Shown here: positions 29,698 to 39,888 of the stretch, piece by piece
Layout of the letters: the number at the start of each line of letters is the position of its first letter
Numbering within the stretch: the stretch's first letter is position 1
Origin: an uncultured Eubacteriales bacterium
GTDB taxonomy: Bacteria; Bacillota; Clostridia; Lachnospirales; JAISER01
Length of the DNA stretch: 64,000 nucleotides
Reading direction: 5' to 3'
Assembly: GCA_964500895.1 (NCBI GenBank)
Contig: CAZCQP010000010.1
Span: forward strand, 432 to 64,431
Program-made: the position numbers and the translations under genes
Notes under the pieces: model-generated
Told to the model about the DNA's origin: nothing
The model's input: the letters and a program-made list of their open reading frames with translations, nothing else
Database searches by the model: none

Positions 29698-31065
29698 ATG
29701 CCTAATAAAAATGAGCAACATGTGATAACCATTGACGGCCTTGGAGAATTTGGCGAAGGCGTGGGCCGGGTTCAAGGTTTTACCGTTTTTGTGGAAGGTG
29801 CCTTGCCCGGCGAAGAAGTGCTGGTGCACCTGCTGAAAGTGAAAAAACATTTTGGTTTCGGTAAGATTGTGGAGATTTTAAAGCCCTCTGAAAACCGTGT
29901 GGCCCCGCCCTGCCCGGTGTTTGGCCACTGCGGGGGATGCAGCCTGCAACATTTAGACTACCCCGCCCAGCTTGAATACAAGCAAAACAAGGTGCAAGAA
30001 CATTTGCGCCGCATTGGTGGGCTAAAGGACGTGGACGTGCCCCCGGTTTTGGGCATGGAAAACCCTTGGCGCTACCGGAACAAAGCCCAGTTCCCTGTGG
30101 GCCGCCTAGGTTCCGCCGGGGCTGTAGGTTGTGGGTTCTACAAACGCCGCAGCCATCAGCTGGTGGCTGTGTCTGACTGCGCTTTGCAACAGCCTGGGGT
30201 GCAAGACGTGCTAAAAACTGTACAAGCCTTTTTGGCGGAAAACGCCATTGCCCCTTACGATGAAGAAACCCACCAAGGACTGGTGCGCCACGTGCTGGTG
30301 AAAAACGGTTTTGCCAGCGGCGAAATGATGGTATGCCTGGTCATTAACGGCAATACCCTGCCCAAGAGCCAGCAGCTGGTGGACAAGCTGTCCATCCTGC
30401 CCCACATGGCCAGTATTTGCATCAACATCAACAAAACCAAGGGCAACGTGATTTTGGGTGATAAAACCCAAGTGCTGTGGGGCAAGCCCTACATTGAGGA
30501 TGCCATCGGCCATTTGCGCTTCCAGATTTCCGCCGAGTCTTTCTTCCAGGTGAACCCGGTGCAAACCAAGGTGCTTTACGACACCCTGGTGAAGCTGGCT
30601 GGCTTAACACCTACAGACGTGGTGGTGGAAGCTTACGCAGGCATTGGGGCCATTTCCCTGTTTATTGCGGGGCATGTGCAGCAGGTAGTGGCCATTGAAA
30701 GCCTGGCCCAGGCTGTGGAAGATGCCAAAGAAAACGCCGCCATCAACGGCATAGACAACGTCACCTTCATCACCGGCATGGCCGAGGAAGAAGTGCCCCG
30801 GCTCTTTGCGGAAGGCGACCTGGCACCCCAAGCAGTCATTGTGGACCCACCCCGGAAAGGCTGCGACCCTGCTTTGCTGGAAGCCATTGCTGCCGCCCGC
30901 CCGGCTAAGGTGGTGTACGTGTCTTGTAACCCGGCCAGCTTGGCCCGGGATGCACAGATTTTGGGCGAAAAAGGCTACCGTGTGACAGCTATTCAGCCGG
31001 TGGATTGCTTCCCCATGACCCCACATGTGGAGACGGTTATGGTTTTTGAGGTGGAAATAATATAA
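29698..31065 (+). CDS. rlmD: 23S rRNA (uracil-1939-C5)-methyltransferase
   Basis: TRAM domain, CGGCSLQH, YRNKAQFP, SFFQVN, VDPPRKG, YVSCNP, PHVET. Confidence 0.96.
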   Translation: MPNKNEQHVITIDGLGEFGEGVGRVQGFTVFVEGALPGEEVLVHLLKVKKHFGFGKIVEILKPSENRVAPPCPVFGHCGGCSLQHLDYPAQLEYKQNKVQEHLRRIGGLKDVDVPPVLGMENPWRYRNKAQFPVGRLGSAGAVGCGFYKRRSHQLVAVSDCALQQPGVQDVLKTVQAFLAENAIAPYDEETHQGLVRHVLVKNGFASGEMMVCLVINGNTLPKSQQLVDKLSILPHMASICININKTKGNVILGDKTQVLWGKPYIEDAIGHLRFQISAESFFQVNPVQTKVLYDTLVKLAGLTPTDVVVEAYAGIGAISLFIAGHVQQVVAIESLAQAVEDAKENAAINGIDNVTFITGMAEEEVPRLFAEGDLAPQAVIVDPPRKGCDPALLEAIAAARPAKVVYVSCNPASLARDAQILGEKGYRVTAIQPVDCFPMTPHVETVMVFEVEII

Positions 31066-31068
31066 TAC

Positions 31069-31118
31069 AAAAACAGGTGATAAAAATTCTTGGAGTTGAA
31101 TTTTTATCACCTGTTTTT
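31069..31118. terminator. bidirectional terminator
   Basis: AAAAACAGGTGATAAAAATTC / GAATTTTTATCACCTGTTTTT. Confidence 0.85.
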
Positions 31119-31122
31119 TTCT

Positions 31123-32163
31123 TTATGTATGCAATGCTTTTTGATAAAAGAATGATTTCTTATAATTATATAGCCAAAAGATATTTTGATATGTATCTTC
31201 TATATAATTATCTGACATGTGTATTATTGAAGATTCAATTCTGAATCTTGGCATTTGTAAAAAGGCATGTATTATTACATCGTCTTCTAACTTTATGGGG
31301 GAATATGGATTTTCTATAATAACTGTTGATTTGGCAAAAGATATTATTGTGTAGTCCGGCTTGTTTTGACTTATATATCTACCATTATGTTTCATAGTCG
31401 AATAATCAAGAAAATGTTCTCCTTCCAATATTGGCAGACCAATTTTACCAAAAAACGCATACCATATTTCTCCTGACGTCAATTCACCATTAAAGGATCT
31501 TACGGGTGTTAAATTTCTTTCAGATATTAATTCCTTAAAATCTTCACTCTGAAAATCAATCCATAATATAGTAACATTTTTCTCCCCATTTAAATGTAAC
31601 TGAGAGCTTTCACTTTTTATTGCACATATTTTACTTATAGCATTCTCAGTAATATTTTCGTTTCTGCTTTTTGGGTAATTGAACGGGGCAACTGAATGTA
31701 CACTAAAATCAGATGATTTTTTATTATTCAAAAATTTCTCAAGATTGTTTGCCTGTTCATCACTCATAACTTTTGTTGCTACTTCAACTGTAAATGAATT
31801 ACTATTAAAAGAAACTTCGAAGTCTGGTGTTATATTATTTGATGTCTTTATTGGTTTTACATTAAAGCCTGCACTTAATAAGTAGCCATATGCTCTTATT
31901 TCTGCTAGAGCGCTAATTGAGTTCGAAAAATCATTTATGTCTAATAATCTAGGTTTTATTTTATCTAACCATTCAGCATTTTTACGTTTTAAAACTTTAA
32001 CAGAGTCTTCCGTATTAAATTTAATACATCTCATATCTCCACTGTTGTCTGGATTTAAGATGGCTTTTAGTGGTTGCTGTATATGCTTATTTTTAGACCC
32101 TGTAATCATATTAATTTCGTCATTTTCAAGATATGTTGTCCAATCAAATGTATCCCAGCCCAT
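31123..32163 (-). CDS. AT-rich hypothetical protein, possible restriction-endonuclease fold
   Basis: 346-aa ORF with GGAG RBS; ALAEI..TPDFEV..TVEVATK resembles E..PD..(D/E)xK; visibly lower GC than flanks. Confidence 0.65.
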   Translation of the reverse strand: MGWDTFDWTTYLENDEINMITGSKNKHIQQPLKAILNPDNSGDMRCIKFNTEDSVKVLKRKNAEWLDKIKPRLLDINDFSNSISALAEIRAYGYLLSAGFNVKPIKTSNNITPDFEVSFNSNSFTVEVATKVMSDEQANNLEKFLNNKKSSDFSVHSVAPFNYPKSRNENITENAISKICAIKSESSQLHLNGEKNVTILWIDFQSEDFKELISERNLTPVRSFNGELTSGEIWYAFFGKIGLPILEGEHFLDYSTMKHNGRYISQNKPDYTIISFAKSTVIIENPYSPIKLEDDVIIHAFLQMPRFRIESSIIHMSDNYIEDTYQNIFWLYNYKKSFFYQKALHT

Positions 32164-32263
32164 TTAACAAAACTCCTTTAGAGTTACTAATAAAAATGAT
32201 AAGCTAATTTTTTTGTACAGTCATTTTATTCTAATATTAGTTATTACTAAAATATGAAAAGAA

Positions 32264-32827
32264 TCACCCCTCATTCCCAAACCGATGCTCCTTCCCCTTC
32301 CCCGCCATCTTCACATGCACCAAATTAAACAAAATAGACATGCTCACCCCCACCCCCGTATCCAGCATACGGTTCAGCGCATAGCTCACATACTGGTCCT
32401 GGGGGGTGTTCAGCATCACAATGAAAAACACCACGGCGCCCGCTTGAATGGCCCCGGCAAAGCACAACAGCTGGCTTAAATACACCAGCAGCATAACGCC
32501 CAGAAACAGCAGCAATATTTCCGCCGTTTTGTGCAGGGGTATAATGGTGGTGAGGTAAAAAAACAACATGCCAATCAGCCCGCCAATGATTGTGCCAGCC
32601 AAACGGTTTCCCCCTGTGCGCAGAGAGGCGGTTAAGGAATTGTCCATGCCAAACACAGACCCAATACAGGCAAAGGTGGGGTTTCTGTCAATCAATAAGT
32701 AAATGACGGCGCAAAATGTTGCGGAAAGGGCCGTCTTAATGTTTCTCATGCCAATGCGTGTGGTTTTAAACCGGTTGATGACTGGGTGCTGCACCGTGTT
32801 TTTGTCCGTGTTTGCTTCATTGCTCAT
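32264..32827 (-). CDS. FUSC/aromatic acid exporter-like membrane protein
   Basis: IGMRNIKTA, NRLAGTIIGG, YALNRMLDT. Confidence 0.85.
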   Translation of the reverse strand: MSNEANTDKNTVQHPVINRFKTTRIGMRNIKTALSATFCAVIYLLIDRNPTFACIGSVFGMDNSLTASLRTGGNRLAGTIIGGLIGMLFFYLTTIIPLHKTAEILLLFLGVMLLVYLSQLLCFAGAIQAGAVVFFIVMLNTPQDQYVSYALNRMLDTGVGVSMSILFNLVHVKMAGKGKEHRFGNEG

Positions 32828-33036
32828 TTAAACCTAAAACTCCTTTTGAAATAAGAACCTTTATTTCCCTATTATTTGACATAATTATACCATAACAGGT
32901 TTAAAGTTCAAAGTGCAATTGTAAGAACGTGTCTTCAAGAATGGACGATCACACCAAAAATATTTATTCTGCTGTAATATTTTAAAAACATTTGACGAGT
33001 AGTATAATGAACCGGTTAGAAATGCAAGGGCAGGTG

Positions 33037-33591
33037 ATGAAACTGATAACAGATGCTGACTTAGGTCAATGTTTTGAAACAGACCCCCATAAAGGGTTGG
33101 CCCTCTTAATGGATGCACACATCGGCCTGGTGTATACCATCGTCCATAGCAAACTGCATACCCTCTATGCCCAAGAGGATATAGAGGAATGCGTGAGTGA
33201 TGTGTTTATGGAAGTGTTTGCGAAGCGACAAGATTTAATGAATCTTCAAAAGGGAAGCATCAAGGCTTATCTGGCTATTGTAGCCAGAAGGCGGGCCATA
33301 GACCTCCATCGGCGGCTGGTTAAAACCACCCGGAACGTGCCGCTTATGGAAGAAGATAACCTAGACCCCTGTGATGGGCCGGAAGCCATGGTGCTTAAGC
33401 AGGAACAGGGCAAAACGTTGGTTCAAACCATTTTAGCGCTAGGGGAACCGGACAGCGAAATTTTTATAAGAAAGTATTTTTTCCAACAGAAAACAAAAGA
33501 AATTGCCAAAGCCATTCAGTTGAATGAGAGCACCATTAACACCAAGGTTTCCCGAGGGTTAGTAAAGCTGAGAAAGTTATTAGAAAGGTAG
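33037..33591 (+). CDS. ECF sigma factor
   Basis: EDIEECVSDVF, KGSIKAYL..ARRRAID, IFIRKYF, KVSRG. Confidence 0.9.
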   Translation: MKLITDADLGQCFETDPHKGLALLMDAHIGLVYTIVHSKLHTLYAQEDIEECVSDVFMEVFAKRQDLMNLQKGSIKAYLAIVARRRAIDLHRRLVKTTRNVPLMEEDNLDPCDGPEAMVLKQEQGKTLVQTILALGEPDSEIFIRKYFFQQKTKEIAKAIQLNESTINTKVSRGLVKLRKLLER

Positions 33592-33602
33592 GTGAGCAGC
33601 AT

Positions 33603-34697
33603 TTGGAAGATGAACTGATTAAAATAATGGATGATTTAGATATGGAAAACACTGCCGCACTGCTGCAAAACATTGACTGCCCCGTCAATGATAACATAAA
33701 GGCCCGCATTAAAAACAAGGTTTATGCAAAAGCTGCTATGATAAAGCCACCCGCTAAAAAACGGTATTTCAGAGAACCGTTCATTATCGCCGCCGCCATG
33801 TTTGTGCTTTTGTTTTGTATGGGGGCAGCCTATTACAGCGGCATTGCACAGTTCTTTGGCCCTTATTTCATTAAAAACAACGAACCCCCTTTAAACCAGG
33901 AGGAAAACTATCTGCTGGAACAATCTGGGCAAGTGGTGCACACCCAAGCCACAGGTGAAGGGTATACGGTGGCGTTAAACGGCATCGTTGGTGATGGCGA
34001 CCGGATGTATGGTTACGTGCGTGTTTCCGCAGACGATGGCACACCCATGGATAAGCTGTATAACTTTAAGCACTGCTTCTTATATTTGGCGGAGGATGGG
34101 GCGCAGCAAAACACCAAGGGCCAATACATCATGCCGGAACCTTTGCCAGACGACAACCCCCAGGACAACGCTGTTTATTTTATGATAACCTTTAAACCTT
34201 TTATAGAAGGGTTTGGCGAAAGGGTTAACCTGGCAGGGGCAGAGGTGGCCATTAATTTTCAAGATTTGGTGGAATGCTCGGATACCGGCTTTGCCGTTTC
34301 GGACTTGGCGTATCATGACTGGGAAATTCCCTTCACATTGCAGGATAACCCAACGGCCCGCACATTTGATTTTCAAGACATAACCGTGCCGCTGGAAGGG
34401 TGCTCCTATACCATTAAAAAAATGCGTCTGTCCCCCATGTCTTTAAATATAGACGGCATTTTAGAAGCAACAGGAAACGCCCAGGGGTGGGCATCGTTTC
34501 CCATCCGCATTATACAAAAAGATGGAACGGTGGTAGACAGCTTTTATGCAAACACCAGCACCACCACCACCCAGAATATGCCTACAGGGCAGATGGCCAT
34601 GCAGAAAAACATTATTTTCTATAGGCCCATAGACCCGGGTTCTGTTCAAGCTATTGCGATAAACGGTGTGGACATTGAACTAAACAATGAAAATTGA
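33603..34697 (+). CDS. membrane anti-sigma factor (DUF4179-like)
   Basis: Follows the ECF sigma; single TM (IIAAAMFVLLFCMGA) then an extracellular beta-rich region. Confidence 0.75.
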   Translation: MEDELIKIMDDLDMENTAALLQNIDCPVNDNIKARIKNKVYAKAAMIKPPAKKRYFREPFIIAAAMFVLLFCMGAAYYSGIAQFFGPYFIKNNEPPLNQEENYLLEQSGQVVHTQATGEGYTVALNGIVGDGDRMYGYVRVSADDGTPMDKLYNFKHCFLYLAEDGAQQNTKGQYIMPEPLPDDNPQDNAVYFMITFKPFIEGFGERVNLAGAEVAINFQDLVECSDTGFAVSDLAYHDWEIPFTLQDNPTARTFDFQDITVPLEGCSYTIKKMRLSPMSLNIDGILEATGNAQGWASFPIRIIQKDGTVVDSFYANTSTTTTQNMPTGQMAMQKNIIFYRPIDPGSVQAIAINGVDIELNNEN

Positions 34698-34718
34698 CCA
34701 TAAGGAGGAGATGTTGTT

Positions 34719-35765
34719 ATGAAAAAATTAGTCGTGCAACTGGTGAGCGTGGCGCTGGTGGGTGCTACCATCGCCACAACAGCTTGGGGGGCAACACCGG
34801 ACACTTTAAATCCCTTAAAAAACTTATACCAATGGGTGGATCCGTCAGACCTCGAAGGTAAAACAGCAACAACTGGCACTGATTTTAAATATACAGGCAG
34901 CCCCTTCACCGACAAACAGGTGAAGCTGCTTGAAGACATGAGCTACGATGTCAAAGGCCTGGGTGTTACAAAGGACGGGGTCACCATTGAACCCATCAAG
35001 GTTATCGGCGACCGAAATTTTGCCTATACCATCTTTGAGGTTACGGCCAATGACGGACGCAAACTGGACGGCGGCATCTATTACTTTTTCTTAGACGAGC
35101 TAGACGATTTGGGCTATTCAACATTTTGGCCAGCAGAACCGCCCCAAGGCGCAGTTGGCGGTGACCTGAACGTGGCCATTATGAAAGACGAAAACCCCCG
35201 GGATAACAAGCTGTGGTTGATAACCAAAACGGACATTACCAATTGGGCAATGACAACAGACATCACCACCTATAGTGCCAACAACGTGGGTAAGAACCTG
35301 TACTACCACATACCCAAATTGGTTGAAGTGTATGGCTCCAATTCAGATGCAGAAGGTAAGCGGCTTGCAACACCCCCGGGTGACCCTGTGATTGCGGCTA
35401 ACGCATCCGTGGTTGCAACTGGGCCTTGGACATTTTCCATACCCATTCAGTACAAGGATACAACAAAAAAATATACATTTAACAAAACAGTGAAAGAAAA
35501 ATCCGGTAACCAGACCATTGAATACCGCATTGACTCTGTTGAAATTTCACCTATGTCCCTTGTTATCAGGGGCGTAAAGGAACCTGTATACAGAGGCACT
35601 ATTCCCGTATCTTTAAAGAAAAAAGATGGGACCGTTACGAAGCTGGAGGTGTATGGGGGGTATCGGGATAACAATTTAAGGGCTACATGCATATTTAAGG
35701 CACCCATTGATGTAACGGAGATTCAATCCGTTATCATCGCCGATACAGACTTTCCGTTGCAGTAG
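34719..35765 (+). CDS. secreted protein paralogous to the anti-sigma ectodomain
   Basis: Signal peptide ending AWG; shares GD, D.NP.DN, W..P, SPMSL, KDGTV and PID motifs with the upstream ORF. Confidence 0.7.
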   Translation: MKKLVVQLVSVALVGATIATTAWGATPDTLNPLKNLYQWVDPSDLEGKTATTGTDFKYTGSPFTDKQVKLLEDMSYDVKGLGVTKDGVTIEPIKVIGDRNFAYTIFEVTANDGRKLDGGIYYFFLDELDDLGYSTFWPAEPPQGAVGGDLNVAIMKDENPRDNKLWLITKTDITNWAMTTDITTYSANNVGKNLYYHIPKLVEVYGSNSDAEGKRLATPPGDPVIAANASVVATGPWTFSIPIQYKDTTKKYTFNKTVKEKSGNQTIEYRIDSVEISPMSLVIRGVKEPVYRGTIPVSLKKKDGTVTKLEVYGGYRDNNLRATCIFKAPIDVTEIQSVIIADTDFPLQ

Positions 35766-35770
35766 AAATG

Positions 35771-35795
35771 ATAGGGGCGATTCCACATCGCCCCT
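35771..35795 (+). terminator. hairpin after the ECF trio (terminator or REP-like)
   Basis: AGGGGCGAT-TCCAC-ATCGCCCCT. Confidence 0.55.
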
Positions 35796-35902
35796 GTCAT
35801 TTTATACATAAATTACTGTCATAAATTTTTTAACATGACATGATGTTGGCATCATTGGTATGATATAATGAATTTTAGATACCCATAGAAATGGAGGATG
35901 CT

Positions 35903-36424
35903 ATGATGCAAGCGTACAATGACAAAAATGCTTTAATGACCGAAATTAAGAAAACGGCTGATTTATTCATCATAGAATTTGAGGATATCCATGAAGCTGA
36001 TAAAAACATTCGTTATGACGAGGTCGATCGAACCCCGCAGGAGATAATCGCCTATCAACTTGGTTGGATGGATTTAATCCGTGGTTGGGACCGTGACGAA
36101 TTAGAGGGTAAGGCAGTCATTACGCCAGCGCCCGGTTACAAATGGAACCAGATGGGTGAATTATATCAAGGATTTTATGAAAAACATCAAGATAAGACAC
36201 TGACGGAACTTCGTGAAATGTTCGTTTCAACAGTAGCTTCACTTATTGAGTGGGTTAACAGCTTTAGTGATGATGAATTATTCAAATCCGGTGGTCGAAA
36301 GTGGGCATCTTCCACAGCTTCAAATTGGCCCATTTGGAAATGGGTGCATATGAATACAGTTGCGCCGTTTAAGTCATTTCGTGGTAAAATCAGAAAGTGG
36401 AAAAAAATTAGATCTGAAAAATAG
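35903..36424 (+). CDS. ClbS/DfsB family four-helix bundle protein (DUF1706)
   Basis: DRTPQEIIAYQLGW, PAPGYKWNQMGELY, WPIWKWVHMNTVAPFKSFRGKIRKWKK. Confidence 0.9.
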   Translation: MMQAYNDKNALMTEIKKTADLFIIEFEDIHEADKNIRYDEVDRTPQEIIAYQLGWMDLIRGWDRDELEGKAVITPAPGYKWNQMGELYQGFYEKHQDKTLTELREMFVSTVASLIEWVNSFSDDELFKSGGRKWASSTASNWPIWKWVHMNTVAPFKSFRGKIRKWKKIRSEK

Positions 36425-36454
36425 TAAATATATTTGTGGCAGGTGGTCGTGGCA

Positions 36455-37291
36455 ATGATTACAAAAGATTCAATACCGAACTTCTTCCATGATCGCCGTG
36501 TATTAATCCGAGGTGTTGATTTTATATATCTGCTACCTCATCCAGAACTTAGAAATTTTATTTCCAATTACACGATTACTTTTCCAAGTAAGGGTATGAT
36601 GTCTGACAGTTATGCTGTTGTTCCTCATGGAAGCGCCACACTGGTTTTATCATGTACCGATAATCACATTTTAGGGAACTTGTTCGGTCCTTTAACCAAA
36701 CCCGCATACGTTGGCAAGTCCGCCAATCTTTTTAACCTCTTGTTTATTGTGGAGTTTCAACCGGCGGGCTACTACGCATTTAGCGGAATGCCTCAAAAAG
36801 AAATAACAGATTGCGTGATAAACTTTGAAACTGTCAATCACGCAATGAACCGCCTAATGATAGAGGAATTGGAGGCCACATCAACTATTCAAAACCTCAT
36901 TTCTAAAATAGACAGGCTTTTTTTAGCGCACTTGAAAGGCGCTTTTTATCGTGGGGAATTTTTACAGGCAAATCATATGATTATCAATAGCGGTGGAACG
37001 CTTTCTGTTAAAGAACTTTCTCAAAATGTGTTTTTCAGCGAACGGCATTTAGGCCGAATTTTTAATGAATATATAGGCGTGAATATAAAGTCTTTTTCTC
37101 GCCTTGTCCGTGTGAATAAGGCGATACGGCTTTTGCAGCAACCCAATTACAGCATAACACAGGCTTTCATGGAAACCGGTTTTTATGATATGCCTCACTT
37201 TATTAATGATTTCAAGTCCATTTGTGGTATCACCCCACAAGAGTATCGGGACAATATGTCCGATTTTTACAGCGAGATAGCCAAATTCTAA
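36455..37291 (+). CDS. AraC family transcriptional regulator
   Basis: PHPELR N-terminus; SERHLGRIF..GV..K, GFYDMPHFINDFK..GITP. Confidence 0.9.
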   Translation: MITKDSIPNFFHDRRVLIRGVDFIYLLPHPELRNFISNYTITFPSKGMMSDSYAVVPHGSATLVLSCTDNHILGNLFGPLTKPAYVGKSANLFNLLFIVEFQPAGYYAFSGMPQKEITDCVINFETVNHAMNRLMIEELEATSTIQNLISKIDRLFLAHLKGAFYRGEFLQANHMIINSGGTLSVKELSQNVFFSERHLGRIFNEYIGVNIKSFSRLVRVNKAIRLLQQPNYSITQAFMETGFYDMPHFINDFKSICGITPQEYRDNMSDFYSEIAKF

Positions 37292-37324
37292 TGTATAATG
37301 AAGTAAAATGAAAACAGGGGTGAT

Positions 37325-37792
37325 ATGATGCAGTATCAAGGGACTTTGATTGCCGTTGCTGATATGGCGAAGGCAAAGCATTTTTACGAAACTGTAATGG
37401 AACAAAAGGTGATGATGGATTTAGGGGTGCATGTGGCTTTTGAAAGCGGACTTTCCTTACAATCCAATTATGCCGAACTGGTAGGTGCGGATCTTCCGGG
37501 CAAGGTGCAGCCGAACAACTTTCAACTTTACTTTGAAGTGGAGGATTTGAATTTTTGGCAAGATAAAATCAGCAGCACTGAAGGCATTGAATTTATCCAT
37601 AAGGCTAAAGAATATCCTTGGGGGCAGCGTGTTATCCGGTTTTATGACCATGATAAATTTATCGTTGAAGTGGCCGAAAGCATGGCAAGCGTGGCAAAAC
37701 GTTTTTTAGCACAGGGCCTTAGCATTGAGGAAACTGCGGAGCGAACCATGTTTCCTGTAGAATTTGTGAAAAGCGTAATGCCTACTGCCTAA
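37325..37792 (+). CDS. VOC/glyoxalase/bleomycin-resistance family protein
   Basis: LIAVADM..AKHFYE, LYFEVED, EYPWGQRVIRFYD. Confidence 0.9.
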   Translation: MMQYQGTLIAVADMAKAKHFYETVMEQKVMMDLGVHVAFESGLSLQSNYAELVGADLPGKVQPNNFQLYFEVEDLNFWQDKISSTEGIEFIHKAKEYPWGQRVIRFYDHDKFIVEVAESMASVAKRFLAQGLSIEETAERTMFPVEFVKSVMPTA

Positions 37793-37818
37793 TGATTAAA
37801 AGCACAAGGAGAATAAAA

Positions 37819-38547
37819 ATGAATTGGGAACCATGGACAGGCTGCTATAAAGTTAGCGAGGGCTGCACGTATTGCTATTTTTATGGCCCATACGCTAAAC
37901 GATATGGTCAGGATACCATCACCAAGACCAAAACCGAGGAGTTTAATAAGCCCATCGCTAAGTCTGCTAAAGGCGCACCCAAAATACCCAGCGGAAAAAT
38001 TGTTGCCACATGTTTCGCTTCCGATTTTTTTATTGCTGAAGCGGACGAATGGCGCACTGAAGCATGGGCTATGATTAAAAGCCGCCCCGACCTTGAGTTT
38101 TTGATTCTAACCAAACGGATAGACCGCTTTAACATAGCGCTACCTGCCGATTGGGGTGACGGATACGATCATGTGAACATAGGATGCACTGTTGAGAATC
38201 AAGAAATTGCCGATTACCGACTGCCGTTATTTTTATCATACCCAATGAAAAGGCGTTTTGTGGCTTGCGCTCCACTCCTTGGAGCCATTGATTTAACGCA
38301 GTATCTGTTCGGCATTGAACACGTCACCGTAGGGGGTGAAACAGGGCGAGAAGCCCGTGAATGTGATTATGCGTGGGTGCTTGATATACGCCAACAATGT
38401 GTAAGCGCTGGAAAAACATTTTGGTTTAAGAACACCGGCTCGTTTTTCAAGCGTGACGGCGTTGTTCAAAAGGTTAATCCGTTCAAGCAAAATAGCCTTG
38501 CAAAAGAGCTGGGAATCAATATTTTAGGCAATAGGAAGCTGTTTTGA
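37819..38547 (+). CDS. DUF5131 (phage Gp37/Gp68-like) radical-SAM-like protein
   Basis: WEPWTGCYKVSEGCTYCY (CX6CX2C), SDFF, ILTKR, GCTVENQ, GGETG. Confidence 0.88.
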   Translation: MNWEPWTGCYKVSEGCTYCYFYGPYAKRYGQDTITKTKTEEFNKPIAKSAKGAPKIPSGKIVATCFASDFFIAEADEWRTEAWAMIKSRPDLEFLILTKRIDRFNIALPADWGDGYDHVNIGCTVENQEIADYRLPLFLSYPMKRRFVACAPLLGAIDLTQYLFGIEHVTVGGETGREARECDYAWVLDIRQQCVSAGKTFWFKNTGSFFKRDGVVQKVNPFKQNSLAKELGINILGNRKLF

Positions 38548-38624
38548 TAAAACCAGCACAAACGCTCATGTTCGCAATTGATGTCAGGTAATTTTACATT
38601 TATGCTGCTATACTGGGGAAAGGA

Positions 38625-38960
38625 GTGAAGCAAATGTCTGTTCAAACAATAGAAACAATGGTGCAATGGGTAGAGCAAAATGTAGCAGAATCCCCCACTT
38701 TAAAAGATATGTCGGCATATGTTGGTTACTCACCATTCTACTGCTCTGCCAAATTCAGAGAACATATGGGCATGACGTATAAACAATTTCTTTCCCAGTG
38801 TAGATTAAGCGCTGCTGCCAATGATCTTCTGAACACCAATGACAAAGTTACCGCTATTGCTTTTCGTTATGGCTACGCATCATCAGAATCATTGACAAGA
38901 GCATTTGCCTTGACGTTCAAGTGCTCGCCCCGCCAATACCGATTGCAGCGCAATCAATAG
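38625..38960 (+). CDS. stand-alone AraC HTH (MarA/SoxS-like size)
   Basis: GYSPFY..F, IAFRYGYASSESLTRAF..SPRQYR. Confidence 0.85.
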   Translation: MKQMSVQTIETMVQWVEQNVAESPTLKDMSAYVGYSPFYCSAKFREHMGMTYKQFLSQCRLSAAANDLLNTNDKVTAIAFRYGYASSESLTRAFALTFKCSPRQYRLQRNQ

Positions 38961-39001
38961 GTCTGCTTCCTCCCAATTTATTAATGTCAGGAGTCAATAG
39001 A

Positions 39002-39874
39002 TTGGACAAAACCGGAAGAAATGACGTATGTTGGTGTGGCAGTGGGCAGAAGTATAAAAAGTGCCATGCGCCCATTGAAAACACGATGGAAAGCTACCGT
39101 TTGCAAGGTTATGCGGTGCCCCGGCGTAAGCTTCTGAAAACCCAGAATCAGATTGAGGGCATTAGGGAAAGCAGTAAGCGGAACATAGAGCTGCTTAACT
39201 TCATCACGGATTATGTTGTAGATGGGGTAACCACGGAAGAACTGAACCGCCTTATTGATGAAAAGACAACGGCGCTTGGAGGTACCCCTGCACCCCTTCA
39301 TTACAACAATTACCCCAAAAGCATCTGTGTATCAATGAATGATGTGGTATGCCATGGCATACCATCCGACCATGTCATCTTGAAAAATGGTGATATTGTC
39401 AATATTGATGTTTCAACGCTATACAACGGTTTTTTCTCGGATTCCTCCCGGATGTTTTGCATTGGTGATGTGGGCGAGCAGAAGCAAAGGCTTGTGGAGG
39501 CAGCAAGGGAATGCATGGTGCTTGGCATTGAGCAAGTAAAGCCTTGGGGATTTCTTGGTGATGTTGGGCAAGCCGTGAATGACCATGCCGTGAAAAATGG
39601 CTATACCGTTGTACGGGAAATTGGTGGGCATGGCATTGGTCTGCAATTTCATGAAGACCCTTGGGTGAGTTATGTGTCCAAACGTGGCACGGGAATGCTG
39701 CTTGTGCCTGGCCTTGTATTTACAGTTGAACCTATGATAAACTTGGGCAAAGCCGATATATTCACGGATAAAAAGGATAACTGGACCGTTTATACTGCCG
39801 ACGGGAAACCTTCAGCACAATGGGAAAGCACTGTGCTGGTGACCGATACCGGCTATGAAATTCTCACATATTAA
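39002..39874 (+). CDS. map: type I methionine aminopeptidase with N-terminal SEC-C motif
   Basis: GRNDVCWCGSGQKYKKCH; VCHGIP, DIVNIDV, GHGIG..FHEDP, EPMIN, SAQWE. Confidence 0.93.
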   Translation: MDKTGRNDVCWCGSGQKYKKCHAPIENTMESYRLQGYAVPRRKLLKTQNQIEGIRESSKRNIELLNFITDYVVDGVTTEELNRLIDEKTTALGGTPAPLHYNNYPKSICVSMNDVVCHGIPSDHVILKNGDIVNIDVSTLYNGFFSDSSRMFCIGDVGEQKQRLVEAARECMVLGIEQVKPWGFLGDVGQAVNDHAVKNGYTVVREIGGHGIGLQFHEDPWVSYVSKRGTGMLLVPGLVFTVEPMINLGKADIFTDKKDNWTVYTADGKPSAQWESTVLVTDTGYEILTY

Positions 39875-39888
39875 CGGAGTATTAAACA

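Noticed and set aside
27700-31100. CRISPR-Cas locus around the Cas4-like gene
   Set aside because: No repeat-spacer array and no cas1, cas2 or effector genes are seen anywhere in the window
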